A stretch of 64,000 nt of DNA from Paraphysomonas bandaiensis (GCA_965644295.1 CBFFRP010000335.1:147330-211329); one strand, 5' to 3'; positions 13,735 through 27,418 are shown, numbered from the stretch's first letter. Notes: generated by a model from the sequence alone, not told the origin. A program made the numbers and translations.

Positions 13735-14931
13735 TCATCGCTTCTCAAACAGATAATGACTCACAAAGTATTCCCCGCCGTCATTGTACGAAAAAAATTC
13801 CGAGCAGCTGATAAAAAATGTTCTCCATCGAGCGAACCATTTAATTACATTATTTTTTCCATAGTATTCTGCAAAAAGTTCTTTGACTTTATTCCGATGT
13901 GCGTCCATTCGTTGCAGCCATGCCTCGAGGGTTAATGAATAGTGTTTGCCATTGACAGCCCACTGATCGCGTAGGACGAAATCCCGTTGAAAATGAAGCA
14001 GCAAATCATCACTTGGTAGAGTACCCCCCGCAAAGAAATATTTTGTCATCCAGTCCTTCTCACTGGTAACTTCATAATGGGAAGGCAGCCATCTACTGAC
14101 AAATATGTGTACAAACAGTAGCCCAGAGGGTTTCAGCAGTCCTGAAAGTTTATGAAGCAGCTTCTCATAATTTTTCATGTGCTCAAACATTTCAATCGAT
14201 AAAAGTCGGTCAAATGTCCCTAGTAGAGATGAATCAAACTCAGCTGTAGAGATATCGCATGTTAATACTTCAACATTGTGCAATCCCCGGTGGGAGGCTT
14301 CGGTCAATATATATTCTCTCTGAGTTCGCGAGTTACTCAATCCCACGACTGTACATTTCGGAAAAGTTTCAGCTAACCACAATGTCAAGCATCCCCACCC
14401 GCATCCAACATCCATTATTCTTAGAGTAGATTCAGTTTCAATATGTGCTCGTTGGGCATACATCTGCAACATGCTAATTTCAGCGTCATTCAGTAACTTC
14501 GATGCATCCCCACGTGACACGTTCTCAGGATACAGACAGGAGCTATACTTTTGTCGTTCACCGAGAACAAGGTTAAAAAAACGTGTATCGACCTCGTAAT
14601 GTTGTTCATTTGCCTCTGAGGTTTGTTCAGCAATATTACGCGTACGAAGATCTGCGATAAATTCCCTCTTCATTGGCAAAGTTTCACCTAAACTAAGCTG
14701 AAGCTGGCTCTGCTTATCTTCACCAATCAGATAGCGGCATCCCATACGCGTAATAAAGTCTGGTAACATACAGCAATCATGAAGCGCAATGCAGAGTTTG
14801 AAAATCAAGCTTTTTCCTGCGTTTGTTAGTACGATACCTCCAATCACGCACGATACGCCAGCTGCACCATAGAGAACTTCCTTACTATACGAGCAGCCTC
14901 TGAAGGAACGAAAACAACAACAATCTGGCAT
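13735..14931 (-). CDS. SAM-dependent methyltransferase, CFA-synthase / coclaurine N-methyltransferase-like, intronless
   Basis: ANEQHYEV, KYSSCLY, motif I MDVGCGWG, FDRLLSIEMFEHMKNY, WMTKYFFAGGTLPS. Confidence 0.9.
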   Translation of the reverse strand: MPDCCCFRSFRGCSYSKEVLYGAAGVSCVIGGIVLTNAGKSLIFKLCIALHDCCMLPDFITRMGCRYLIGEDKQSQLQLSLGETLPMKREFIADLRTRNIAEQTSEANEQHYEVDTRFFNLVLGERQKYSSCLYPENVSRGDASKLLNDAEISMLQMYAQRAHIETESTLRIMDVGCGWGCLTLWLAETFPKCTVVGLSNSRTQREYILTEASHRGLHNVEVLTCDISTAEFDSSLLGTFDRLLSIEMFEHMKNYEKLLHKLSGLLKPSGLLFVHIFVSRWLPSHYEVTSEKDWMTKYFFAGGTLPSDDLLLHFQRDFVLRDQWAVNGKHYSLTLEAWLQRMDAHRNKVKELFAEYYGKNNVIKWFARWRTFFISCSEFFSYNDGGEYFVSHYLFEKR

Positions 14932-15435
14932 GTGGAATAGCTTGGGGAGCTGAAGATCGGTGTGTTCCTTGATATCGTCTGGACGTATCGCTGCATCTAC
15001 ATGTTCAGAGGATGTGATGCATCGGCGCGTATGATACGACAGCAGTGAGCAGGGAATATCTTGCTAGCTACGCACACTGTCCATAATAGAACACATTCCA
15101 GAAAAATACATAATAATACGTGAAGTACAGCAGGTATCATCATCAGCAGCAATAGATATCGATATGCGGACACCACACAACAACACAACAACATCCCTCA
15201 TCTACACCAGCAGCAGCACATCACAATATGCACATATACAGTGCATACATACATACAACAGCGTACAGCCCAGCCGACCAGTTGATCCACAGCATAGAGC
15301 GTACCTGTATACAGAAACAAACACATACATCATCCATACACAAGACACAGCCGTGTATATCAATCCTGCGCACTCCTTAACACCAGAGGCCTTCCGTTAC
15401 CATACTTGTTATATAGGCATAATAATAGAAGGAAT

Positions 15436-16385
15436 ATGAGCCATATCATCAGACGGCTTCAGGGCTGTAGAGATCTCATGAGACCCATGTCATCGCAGCG
15501 CATATTGCGATTAGATAATTTAGTTCCTAATCCTGGGGCATTTAAAGCCCGTAAACGTGTAGGTAGAGGTATGGGTGGACGGGGAAAGACTTCTGGTCAC
15601 GGTCATCAGTGCAGTCGAGTCACTCCGCGTGGTTTTGAGGGGGGTCAAACTCCTCTCTATAAATTAGTGCCTAAAATCGGATTTACGAATCCCAAGTAAG
15701 TACCCATTGCGATTATCGCGCTGTGTTCTGTTTCTAATCGAAGTGCTAATATAGCGCTCGCCGCATGGTTATTTTGAATCTTGATAAAGTCCAAGACTTC
15801 ATTGATATGGGCCGATTAGTTCCAAAGGAGAACCAGCTGCTTACACTGAGAGACTTGTACGTTGCTGGACTTATCAATAAAGTCGACGATGGTGTGAAAC
15901 TTCTTTCTAAAGTAAGTTTAGTATACGATACTCTTATCAGAGTGGTGTAAATTTCATTACTTATTGAACTTATACCGTATTGTTGGAAACAGGGAAAGTC
16001 TAAATTGAAGGCGAAGATTCATTTCGAAGTTTCCATGGCATCGTCTGGCGCTATTAAAGCTGTGGAAGATGCCGGCGGAACGGTAACATGCGTGCACTTA
16101 AACAAGCTCGCGCTTAGAGCTCTAATAAAACCGTATAAATTCGAGTTGCTACCCGGTCGCGCACGTCCGAATCCCAAAATCATGCCGTATTACCTGGACA
16201 GAACGAAGTGTGGGTACCTCTCTCCTGAGGTTCAAATTCGCAACTTGAAGTTGTTCGGATATGTCACATCTGAAGAGCTACTTCAAGAAGAACACGCGAA
16301 CTACATGAAAGCGAAGAGAAAGCTGGGGCTCTTGAGCTTCCAACAACCCCAGAGCGGTTCTGAGCTGCTGGAAGAGATTGAATAG
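15436..16385 (+). CDS. MRPL15: Mitochondrial ribosomal protein uL15m, 3 exons
   Basis: [43 protein letters not shown]; GVKLL; [12 protein letters not shown]. Confidence 0.92.
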
Positions 16386-17077
16386 GTGTGATGTTGGGCT
16401 CTTAACAGCGCGTCACTGTTGAACTAGACTGGAGTTTCGTCATTTCTAAGTAGATTGCACATACGCTACCAGGTAATTAAGTAATAATACGGATTGAGAA
16501 ATTCTTGTGCCCTACAGCCTACAGCTAAATCATGGGATAAACCAACCCTGAACGCTACAATATTCGGTACTGCCCTTTTGGAAAAAATATACAAAGAGAA
16601 CATCGTAATATATTCATAGTAGGTCAAATAGGTTTGAAATGAAAACGTTTCTAGCAATACTAACCATTATGCCTAGTGAGTGCTTATTGCTTATCTATTG
16701 CATTGTCAACATTGACATTATTTCGAACCTCCAGCATCAAGCATCAACATTTATTCAAGTAAAGTTCATTAGATATTCTATAAGATAACTATCAACTGAA
16801 ACTCATTCTAAATAAATGCTCAAAAGCGGATTGACAATTAGATCTTACACACAGATGATAATGTTGAATGAAGCAAAAATGGTTTTCTGACTTTTTCTTC
16901 CTCATTCCGCTTGCGCTTCCAATAGGAGCCCTCTGTAAACTGTAAACATGACTTAGAACTTGTGGATATATAGTATAGTGTAGAACAATAACAATTACAG
17001 TGTTTAATCTGGATCAATCAAAAATTATCTGTAATAATAATGACTTATACTGCATGAGAAATTTTATTTATTTAAAT

Positions 17078-17575
17078 CCCTCAACAACGTCGTACTCGCA
17101 CCTTTTCGAGGTGTTCTAGGGGGTAAGTACGTAAGTACCGCTGGAAAGATTTCTTCGCATATATAGACAGCAGATATTGTACTGCCCACTCATAGCCAAA
17201 GTAACAAGGAACACAGGAACACTACTAAGTGTCACTTTTGTAGACGTCTTTGGGCCCTGACGAATAAACAGGCATCCAGGAACGGGCCCACCTCAAGGGC
17301 AACCGGGGTATTGAACTGCCTACTAAAGTCAAGCATTCGGGAATGGGCCCATATAAAGACTCAAAATCCTGAAGTTAGCAGATGTCACGTATATCAACAT
17401 TCTGCTTGCTCACTGCGTTTGCTTGGAGTGATAGAGCGGTAGTGGTACTTGCGGTGACGTTAAATAGTAGGATATCAGAGTTAAGCATTACTACAGTAGT
17501 AGTTTCTTAAATTGTTTTGCAAAATTGTTCTGACTCTAAAGTCAAATTGCCTATTGCTGATAAGAAGACATTCAC
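17078..17575 (+). repeat. Dispersed repeat family, copy A (long)
   Basis: Colinear with 17787-18293 (e.g. gtagacgtctttgggcc.tgacgaataaacaggcatcc). Its 3' part matches 44458-44677 on the minus strand. Confidence 0.85.
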
Positions 17576-17786
17576 TACTATTCAATATATTTAAATTTGT
17601 TGAATTTCCTAGACAAACTAATTTTTCATTATTTTGGTGATTAGTTCCTATAATAGATCCTAAAATATTATAAATATAAATACAAAATTTCAGATTTTAA
17701 AATAGCTGTGATATGATGTGTCGTTATCTCTAATTTAATTCATTTTTACATATAATGTACAGTCATTTCAAAAATAGCTCTACATA

Positions 17787-18293
17787 CCCTCAACAAAATC
17801 GGCCTGGCACCATTTCGTGGTGTTTTGGGGGATAAGTACCGGAGAGATTCTCTCTAGGAAACTAACGTGAGCAAACATAGTCAGCAGATATTCTTCTGCC
17901 CACTCATAGCCAAATGCTTGTGTGGTACAAGGGACACCAATAAGAGTCACTTGTGTAGACGTCTTTGGGCCGTGACGAATAAACAGGCATCCGGGAATGG
18001 GGCCACCTCAAGGGCATCGTCCGGGACAGGGCCCACCTGAAAGGTAACCGGGGTATTTGACTGCCTGCTGAAGTCAAGCATCCGGGATGTTCACCTTAAG
18101 AACTCGGAGCGGAAGTGGTCGCACCTTGGTGTTTGCGGCGACGCACAAGCAGCTTCCGTAGCGTTAAATAGTAGGATTAAAAAGTGTGTACTGATTAGTT
18201 ACAGGTAGAGGTCTAACTAGTTCGTCTAGCATTCATCTAGCTACTAAGTTGGTGCAGGTTTTTAACGTCTATTGCTAATAATAAGACTTTCAA
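17787..18293 (+). repeat. Dispersed repeat family, copy B (long)
   Basis: Diverged paralogue of copy A. Its 3' part matches 62688-62824 and 50909-50966 on the minus strand. Confidence 0.85.
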
Positions 18294-18714
18294 TCATTAG
18301 CTCTCTACATATGCTACATACAAGCAGAATAGACGATTTTTCCGTCATATTGTTGATGAAAATGCCATCACCAGTGCACTGACAAGCATGTATTACGTTT
18401 TTGTCTGGTGTATATTTTGCAACCATAGAGTTACACGCAATATTTAATGGTTGCATATTACTCCAATGCTTTTTAATGACTAACAGGCACTATATATTTT
18501 CGAATTGATTGTGCATTAATGAAAATTACAAGTGAGTATAAATTGAATTAGAGTTAATGACATATGATATCACAGGAAAGAAATGACAAATTAGAGCGCC
18601 GTTAATGAACTATTGCAAGATGCAAAATAGATTCAGAACATTGTTGGATAACCAACACATGAATACAGCACTATATAATCAATGCATCAGCCGTTAGTTA
18701 AGTACGAATATAAG

Positions 18715-20061
18715 CTACAATAGCAGGGTAAGTACAGTGGCCACGACAGCCTGGACCTCCATCTTCAATTGCTGGGTGTTCACATACTGAAGCAAGTCAC
18801 TGGAAGTGTGGTACTGAGGATAGTCACTTGCAGCCATTCCACTCTCAAAGAATCCGACGGATGGGTAGCCATTCTCATAGAACGACAGGTAGTCGGAGCA
18901 GCACGACGAACTATCTGCAGTGGGTAAATCGGGTACATATAGGGCAGTTAATTCCTTCGCCAAGGTCACAAGTTCGGGCGTGACCGACTTATCCTTGAAC
19001 CCAAGAGTAATGACATCACCAGCTTGATACCCCAACATATCCGCATTTACCATACCCACAATGTTGACACCCTGTTCACTCCATAGTGAAGCTAAATACC
19101 TACTGCCCAGAAGCCCCTGCTCTTCCCCTGAAAAGAAACATATCTTTAGCCCTCGATTAGCAGGAAATTCAATGGTGCTAACAATACTGGCCAGTTCAAG
19201 CATAGCAGATGTGCCAGATCCGTTGTCATCCGCTCCCGGAGCACGGTCAGTTGGTGAAGATGAATCTACTGTACGGGAGTCATAATGCGCACCAGCAACT
19301 ACCCATTCCGTACTGTCATTATCATGGGAGGATTTCCCGTAGGCAGGCCATGTAGCCACGATATTTTCTGCCATATCAGGACGAAAAGAAACCAATTCAA
19401 CACTGAATCCAAACTCCGTTAGACGTGATACAATATACTCCTGGGCTTCGTGGATTGTTTCGGAGTAAGAGTTTCGGGTTTGAAAAGACTGTAATGCTTC
19501 AACAGAAAAAATCAAGGAATCCTCGGACACTGATTCTACGCCTTTGGTAACATCAGGGTTAGTTTCTAACTTCAGTGAAGTCCATTCGTGAATCAGCGAT
19601 TCTTGTAGGAGTGGCGGGTGAATGGTGTGTGAAGGTACTGGTATGAAAGATGTATCTTCATCGGCTCCGCAGCCATCTAACCCGCTTACATTAGGAACAT
19701 CAGTACCACCGCCTACAATGAGGGAGTTCCCATGATGCAAGTACACTGGTAGTCCTGCAGATAGTAGCTTATTCTTAGTTTTGATGGTCTCGTCTGGTGA
19801 TGGTTCCTCAATAACCCACAGACCATCATCACCAGCTATATGACCTTTAAACACCAAACAATCAGACAGATCGGACTCACTCTCCTCTACGAAGATACTA
19901 AAATCACGATAAGTTCCTCTGAACGAGAGGTGTGTGTTGGTCTGGTATGACAGAGAAGTGTTCGTGTACTCTACAGCACACCACATACCGTTACCACCTC
20001 CACTCACACTAACAGACACAGATAACAGACACATCAGAGACAGGAGGAGGAGGGAGGACAT
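18715..20061 (-). CDS. Secreted M28 family Zn-aminopeptidase
   Basis: Signal peptide MSSLLLLSLMCLL. Zn ligands in VVAGAHYDS, PGADDNGSG, GEEQGLLGS, NADMLGY and YHTSSD. Confidence 0.92.
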   Translation of the reverse strand: MSSLLLLSLMCLLSVSVSVSGGGNGMWCAVEYTNTSLSYQTNTHLSFRGTYRDFSIFVEESESDLSDCLVFKGHIAGDDGLWVIEEPSPDETIKTKNKLLSAGLPVYLHHGNSLIVGGGTDVPNVSGLDGCGADEDTSFIPVPSHTIHPPLLQESLIHEWTSLKLETNPDVTKGVESVSEDSLIFSVEALQSFQTRNSYSETIHEAQEYIVSRLTEFGFSVELVSFRPDMAENIVATWPAYGKSSHDNDSTEWVVAGAHYDSRTVDSSSPTDRAPGADDNGSGTSAMLELASIVSTIEFPANRGLKICFFSGEEQGLLGSRYLASLWSEQGVNIVGMVNADMLGYQAGDVITLGFKDKSVTPELVTLAKELTALYVPDLPTADSSSCCSDYLSFYENGYPSVGFFESGMAASDYPQYHTSSDLLQYVNTQQLKMEVQAVVATVLTLLL

Positions 20062-20508
20062 GGTGGTTGGTAGATAAGGGTGATAGATCATGCCTTTAGT
20101 TAACTGTCCTCTATGCATACATAGCTACAGAGCATCCCACCTCCAGTGCATGTATCTGCTGTGCGTATACCATATACCGGTACTGTACTGTGCGATATAC
20201 AGTCATATCACATAATTTAGGCACAGACATCCCATATATGGGACACTGTTCACTGCTACGTAGCGAGACTACAGCTGTATACTGTACTGTATGAATCTTT
20301 CCAATTAGCACGTACTAAAAAATGCTCTATGTACTCTGTATGTATATATATACCAGTATATACCAGTATAGACTATAGGTATACTGTACGTCTATGTGTA
20401 CTTCTACACTCACTGCCGCTGGACGTGTATATCTGGTCTGGCGGATATGGACGACACACACACGCATATCACTCCATTGAGAGATCCTCATACACCACTA
20501 GACGCCCC

Positions 20509-21476
20509 ATGATTGGTTCAGCTTCAACAGTATCTCGCAGAGTGCTTGCATCGAGCAGATGCATGTGTTTTCGGTCGCTGAGCTCGTCTCTCATCAGTGT
20601 ATCTCGATGCGGGAGGAACAGTAACATCCTGCGCATTGAAATGAACTCACCGCCAGTTAATTCTTTGGGCATTTCGCTGATTGTAGGGCTCAAAGATGCT
20701 ATTAAAGATGCCAGCATGGACCCCACATGTGATGGTATCATACTGGCGTCGTCATGTCGAGTGTTCTCCGCTGGACTCAACATGAGAGAGCTGCACGGAG
20801 CCACTGATGCGGATTTAAGTCGTTTTTGGGACGAATTTCAATGTACGCTTATTTTACTGTTGATGTAATATCGATTTTGGTGTTGTTTGTTATGTGGCAT
20901 TTGTAAAATATCTGTTTTTTTGCTACTGTTTAAAAACTCATGCAACACCAAACAGCTCTATGCTTTTCGCTGTATGGCACGAAGCAAGCCGTGGTTGCGG
21001 AGATTGGTGGTCACGCCCCTGCTGCGGCTACAATCTTGGCAAGTTGTTGTGACTCCCGAGTTGCTGCCCCTGGTGTGACAGTTGGACTTAACGAGTCTGC
21101 ATTTGGACTTGAAGTACCGTTATTTACTATTACGTTGATGCATGATATGATGGGTGTACGAGCTGCGAACCGCGCCATGTCATTAGGAACTTTGTTCAAA
21201 TCTGAAGAGGCGAAACAGCTTGGACTTGTAGATGTTATTGCGCCAAGTGGAGATGCCGAAGTTGTGCAGCAAGTCGCTTTAGCAGAATGTGAAAAATTTG
21301 TGGCTTCCCCTGGGCAGCAGGCGAATAAAATCAACCAACGGCGGCCAACTTTGGCCAAATTTTTGTCAGAGAGACAAGAGGATCACAAAGCATTTACCAA
21401 CTGTGTCTCATCCGAAGTGACACAAAAGAGACTGAAGGCTTACCTGGAGTCACTTTCCAATAAAACGAAAAAGTGA
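20509..21476 (+). CDS. ECI1: Enoyl-CoA delta isomerase 1-like (crotonase fold), mitochondrial, 2 exons
   Basis: Presequence, MNSPPVNSL, VFSAGLNMREL, IGGHAPAA, VGLNESAFGL. Confidence 0.85.
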
Positions 21477-22286
21477 AACATATATGAAGTATATTTGAGG
21501 TACATCTACTGACGGTAATAAAACAATATTCATCTGTAAAGAATAGTTGTATCCTATTACTATTTTTGGTATACTGTTACCTGAAAAACAGTGTCCCCAG
21601 AAAGAGCGCAATAGCGTCTGGTGCTCGAAGCAATGTGATTGATGAAGTTTTAGTGACTATATAATATAAAAACATCACTATTAAGGTTCCTACGCATATA
21701 GAACGGCGCAAGGAAACAATTTATTGTAATCAAAAATATATGGTATTGTCGACTCTATTTGGAACTATTCGAAAATGCTGTACCACACACGTCGTATTCA
21801 GCATAGAATATACTAGCGAGTAAAACTTTTAGATTTTAATTGTAGTTTACTTTTTATTCTAGATTATTGATGGCAAAATATCGCAATTTATGGCAATGGT
21901 ATTCTCGGCAGGATTGATATGATATTGTATTATTTATAGAGCGAAACTATTGTCCATTTATATTGTAATATCTCGTTTATTAGAACAGTAAGAAATAGTA
22001 AGAAAGCAGGCGACAATGGAAGTGCCTTATTTCTTATTTGTGGTGTTAGCGATCAACTCTTTTATTCTCCATCAACCCAAATTCTGATATACTGCTGTAA
22101 ATTTTATTTCAACGATGCTTTTGCATGGGGATGATTGGTGGTGGTGTAAGTGTGTTGCATGGTGTAGTGTGTAGTGAATACATATAGTACGTTTAGTATG
22201 AATAAAGAATTGATCTTAGTATTAGCTGAATCCTAATGATATGTTAAGTTACTATTGTTAAATTTGACCGACACTCGCTTACTAGC

Positions 22287-22459
22287 GATCTGACATATCA
22301 CTGGCTGCTGTGGTTATTTCGCGTCATTTCTTGGAGAAAACCAATTGCTTCATCGCTTGAGTATTTATCTGCTTCTAAAAGAGTATTAATAATTAGTAGC
22401 ATTCTTAAGCGATTGGTTTTCTCCAAAAAATGACACGCAATTACCAGTGATGTCAGGTC
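22287..22459. mobile_element. Small foldback / MITE-like element
   Basis: Arm cgcgtcatttcttggagaaaaccaattgctt pairs with aagcgattggttttctccaaaaaatgacacg. Outer arm tgacat(at)cactgg pairs with ccagtgatgtca. Confidence 0.6.
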
Positions 22460-22751
22460 AATTGCCGATACTTATGACGTCATGAGAACACATGTGTATA
22501 GTTTATAGTTTTCGCATTTCCACTCGTACACAGTAGATTTACCATAATCCATATGTGAGTTACGAAAGTGATTTTACTCTGTGTGAATGTTGAGCAGCAG
22601 TTAATGAGTTACGATACATATCACTAAAGCTACAGAGACCCAAGTCAACAATACCTTCAAACCAAAAACTATACAAACCTCAGAGTATGTTAAGTTGCTT
22701 TGGCTTTTATAACAGAAAACAAAATATATCTAGATAACTTTCTTATTGAAA

Positions 22752-24922
22752 TCAGACAGTATTGGAATGATAAAGCGATGCCAGTATAACACCAATCAGT
22801 ACAATTACCATGGATATAGCTACCATATACACACTACTTTTATATGAAGATACTTTCGATGGTGCTGAGTTCACTGTGTTGTACGGCTCTGCTAAATGTT
22901 CCTCGTTTGATTCCTTCAGTGGTTCAGGATCCTTTTTGGCTTCAGGAGAGAAATCTTCCACTGGATTCTCTTCTACAGTATCTTCAATGCTTAATTCTTC
23001 AACTCTATTATCGCTCTGTAGTTGATCTGTAGGGGAGGTATGCGATACCTCCACTTCAGTAGAGTCGCATTCTGTGAGATAAGCATCACAATATACACGA
23101 TTGGGCAAGGAAGACAACAAATGCGCCATAACAAAGGAAAACTTACGCTTAGGTGCAGCGAAGAGTCCTTTCGCAATCTTTTTGGCCATTCCCCTTTCTC
23201 GTCCCTAAATAAAAAGTGGCATTAAGTTCAAATCGTGATGAAGCAAGAGATGTAGCTAACAGAAAATAACATATACGTTGGTACAGATGTCACATAAATA
23301 CCTTATATTTCTTCTTTGCAATATCCACTTTCTTTAACCATGTCTTCGTCACTGAGATCTGACTCTCCAATTGCGATATATCAGAATCCAAGTTGTTGTC
23401 GCTCTCACTAGTCTCTTTCTCCGCTCTGCCTTTATCAGTTACTAATTTCAACATCTCTTGTTCTTGTATCTCGAGAAGACGTTTAAAGCATAAATTGCTT
23501 TCCTCGTATTCGTGTAATCCCAACGACGCCCTGATAATATAATATCGGTGAGGACATTATACCTATGAAAGCTGGTGCAATAATTCGTAGGTTTATAAGA
23601 TTTACCTGCCAGCTCTCAACAACCCTTTCTTGTTGTTCGGGTCCATTTCCAGCACCTACACAAAAGTATCAATTATAATTATATTGTACTATCACATACT
23701 CAGCAATTTATACTAACCTTGATACAAGCTTCTCTCGCCTTGAAACTGTCATCTACACTTAAGTGACAGGCTGCGAGATTGTTCAAGCAGTCCACATATA
23801 ACTAACACACAGAAAACATAACTGACGAAACTAAGCAGCGACCACATAGAAATGGCCTGCAAAACACCCCTCACCTTGAAAAGGTTCCTTGCCATTAGAC
23901 CATCTTCAGTATCATCCAGAGAATCCATATTTCCCAACAATGTTTCGGCAGCTTTTCCTCCTTGAGAGAAGTTTCGTCCAGCTCGCATAAAATCCCCATA
24001 TGAAAACCATCTATGCAAACCATTGTCACATGTATACAACAAGGCACAATTTAGCACACATGGTTGTACTTTATAAACTGGCCTACACATGATTCATTAA
24101 ACAGTACTATATATCAACAACATTAATACATAGATGTATGCTCAATCGCCACCAGCGTAATGATGCGGAGAGCATTCACAACACAATACCTATTTCCAGA
24201 CTCCTTCTTGATACTGACTTCAAATAGAGTCGCTTCAAGACTACTGGTATCAGCAGCATCTCTGTGCTGTACAAAAAGTATGTAATAAGTAAAACATAAG
24301 TATTACCTCGATGAAAATCGAGCTATGCTCCACACACAAGCCCACACAAGTCTAATATACCGACACACTTACTTCCAATACTTTTACGTCGAATTCAAGG
24401 TCAGTGTTCGGAGGTATCTCCTGCACAGTCCCACTCCCCTTTCGACCTACCGGCCCAAACGCAAACTTTGAATCACATCTTGCTCTAAAGTGCTCTCCAA
24501 CAGAGCTATGACGCAACGGAAGTTCGAGTCCTTTAACAAAGAGTGATGGAGTGAAACTGAACGAATGGTAAGTTACCCGGAACAGCATCGCCATCACCGA
24601 TCTTGAAGCTAGCTCCATGCATGACCTCCACAGGCTGTGACTGACCCTTCACATACACCTCTATATCCGCCTTAACGACCATCTTCATCTCAGCGATAAC
24701 TCCGCTTCCAGGTGTGATCCTCTGCGATCATGTTAATGTGTGTGTTTCTACTGCCACTTCATATGCGTATATATATGTACCTTGACGCATATATCCGACC
24801 CCATTAACTCCTGCATATCACAGTGTAGTGTGTCACAGTGTGGTTAGGACTGCCTGTGCATCAACATACAACACACGCACCTCCCACTCCCCATCATCCG
24901 AGACCTTTTCGCTCTCTGTCAT
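22752..24922 (-). CDS. FKBP-type PPIase with TPR repeats and C-terminal membrane anchor (FKBP8/FKBP42-like), many exons
   Basis: FKBP GLELPLR..FAFGPVGR..IPPNTDLEFDVKVLE. TPR KKESGNRWFSYGDF and LEMDPNNKKGLLRAG. Tail TM VYMVAISMVIVLIGVILASLY. Confidence 0.85.
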
Positions 24923-26489
24923 TCTACACGATTCGGGGTATCTTTCGGTTCAAGATGATTCCACGGCAACAGGTCGGTATGATGTATATGTGTGTTGTAG
25001 ATCTCTCGCTGTGATGTGCTGCGCTGTGTCGTAGATGTTCAGGTCTTGTGGTACAGTATACAGCAGTATGCTGGTGGGATACACGGCCGTATCGGCAGTC
25101 AGCATCTTAGTTTTCGGAAATATAACGAAGTAAATATTCTCTATATTACTGCAATACAAGTACGGCTGAAATACAGATAATTGTTGACTCAATATATGAG
25201 GCATCTATGAACAAAAATGTACGAAGGATGCCGATATGGCAGTGTATGTATGTGTACAAGTGGTGTCGTAGGAATTCCTAGTATAGTATATCAGCACACA
25301 GCAGTAGGAAATCCCAGTGTTGGTCTATACATGGTATACCGCATACCGCAGTATATAAAGTAATCTCACTCTGCTCTGTACTCCACTGTATATATGGTAT
25401 ACCATGCTGTACGTAGAAGGTATGAGCCAGCGGTGGACTAAGAAAGATATGGCCAGCATATGTACAACTCTTATCCTGAAGTAGACTCAAACATCGAAGA
25501 ACCTACAAGTGATACTGAGGACCTTATCTCAGAGTTAAGACTCTGGTAATGCCAACGCGGCTGCTACTACCATGCTGAATATGTTCTGCTGGAGTCAGCA
25601 AGGCTCAGTCATTCTCTCGAACATCATGTTGTACTTATCCTGTTGAGCAATGTAAAGAAGTAAATCAAAACTTTTTAAGTGTGAGCCTAATAACACGATC
25701 AGTGCGACAACAAGATCGAATTTGTTCACAAGCTAGACTTATTTAGTTTATAGACCACGTCAGCTGCTTACTGCTTCACCTATAATATCCATGCATGGAA
25801 TATGTCAATAAAACAAAAATGGTAATCATGTCTATCATAGTAATTGTAAATACGAAATAATGCAATTGATATATTTCAAGTATTACGTATACTGCTTGCT
25901 GTTGAAATTTAACATATTGCCCCTGCTTGCTTCTCAAAAACTCTTGGAATCATAGTAGGAATATATATACAAAAGGCGAGAACATAATTTTCCTTAATTT
26001 TCCTTTCCATTCCGCTTTCCCTTTATTATCATGAATTGACTTAACTTTATGCTAACGTTTTGTTCTTTTGTTTTCTATTATTTTCAATAAGGAAAATTAA
26101 AAAGTCTTTGACTTGTGTTTGTGATATGTTATAGTGTCATGATAATTGAATAACAAGAAGTTCAAACTGCATCAATCCATATCAAAATATTTCATTTAAT
26201 TGTTTTCATCTAATGAAATTATTCAACATATTTATAAAGTGCATTAAATTGTGTGTATGATAAAAAAAACTCTTGAAGAACAATGTAAGTATGCGATTGG
26301 TGATAGGAGTACTCCGTTCTATATAACAGAAGTATGTGTCCTAACCGCGCCAAAATTGACGACTCCTAGTGTAACCGAACCGCACATTACAACAACGAGG
26401 CATACTAACTTGATTATAACATAGAAATATGCAGAGATGTAATAAGTTCCTCATCGAAACACAATTTATCCTTCCGAAATACCTAGAGA

Positions 26490-26996
26490 TTATTTTAAAA
26501 AAGTCGCTGACAATCCAGATACAAGTGCTGCCATGAATAATCCGTTACCACTATACACAGTATATTAGAAAAGTCATCAAGATATTATCAAACGTACCGA
26601 GCAGTACGTACGCATGATGTCACTGCGAATGCCACTGTACCCCAAGAAATCCCTGCACTAGCTCCAGCTACAAGCGGTCTATATGTTGCATCTGGAATAC
26701 TCTTTCGGGCAGTCCAATGTATTCCTTTGAATAAACCATAAAATGTCCCAAATATCAGTGCATTCCCTCCTACCGCTCTAAAATTCCTATTAGTCAGAAT
26801 AATACTCTGTCTACACATACCTCATCAATCCCACAGCAGTATAAGGGACAACCCGGGTCATCGCTTCTTTTTTAAAATTATATGTTGTACCCATAGCTAC
26901 TCCCCACAGAGAACCAAAATATAGGCCACTTAGAGCCCCATGCACGAAAGAAGCATGCAGAGATGTGTGATCGTCGCCCATCAGTCCGTTCGACAT
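26490..26996 (-). CDS. Tim17/Tim22/Tim23-family membrane protein, 3 exons
   Basis: Gly-patterned helices GALSGLYFGSLWG, VGGNALIFGTFYGLFKG, LVAGASAG and GLFMAALVSG. Splice phases are consistent. Confidence 0.6.
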
Positions 26997-27418
26997 ATCG
27001 CTCGCTCACTATATAAGAAATCAAAGACAGATAACAGCTATGTTTGTTTTCACTATCTGGGTCTCAGTGGGACAGAATAAGCACGCACTCAGACGGTTAC
27101 TTCCCATCAGCTGTTAGTGCTGATATCAGTTAATATGCACTCGCAGCCAGGTGAGTATCGATACATACAGTACACATGTACACACAGCAGCGCAGTAGTT
27201 TCTATAATATCCCTGGTTTTGATACATGCTTCTACAAAAAACAGTTTCTTCAATGCAGCAGCTGTAGTCCAGCTGGTGTATTGTGTGAACATACAGCCAG
27301 AGCACAGTGCTCTGTTGTCAACGTCTCCAGAGCACGCACGAGTAGTCGTGGATGAGAGAGCAGGACTATAGTGCATGACTATCACTTTCTTCTCGTGCAC
27401 TGTATTGCACTGAACGAA

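Noticed and set aside
13735-14931. Alkaloid biosynthesis implied by the CNMT-like gene
   Set aside because: The family is widespread outside plants, and no pathway neighbours are present.
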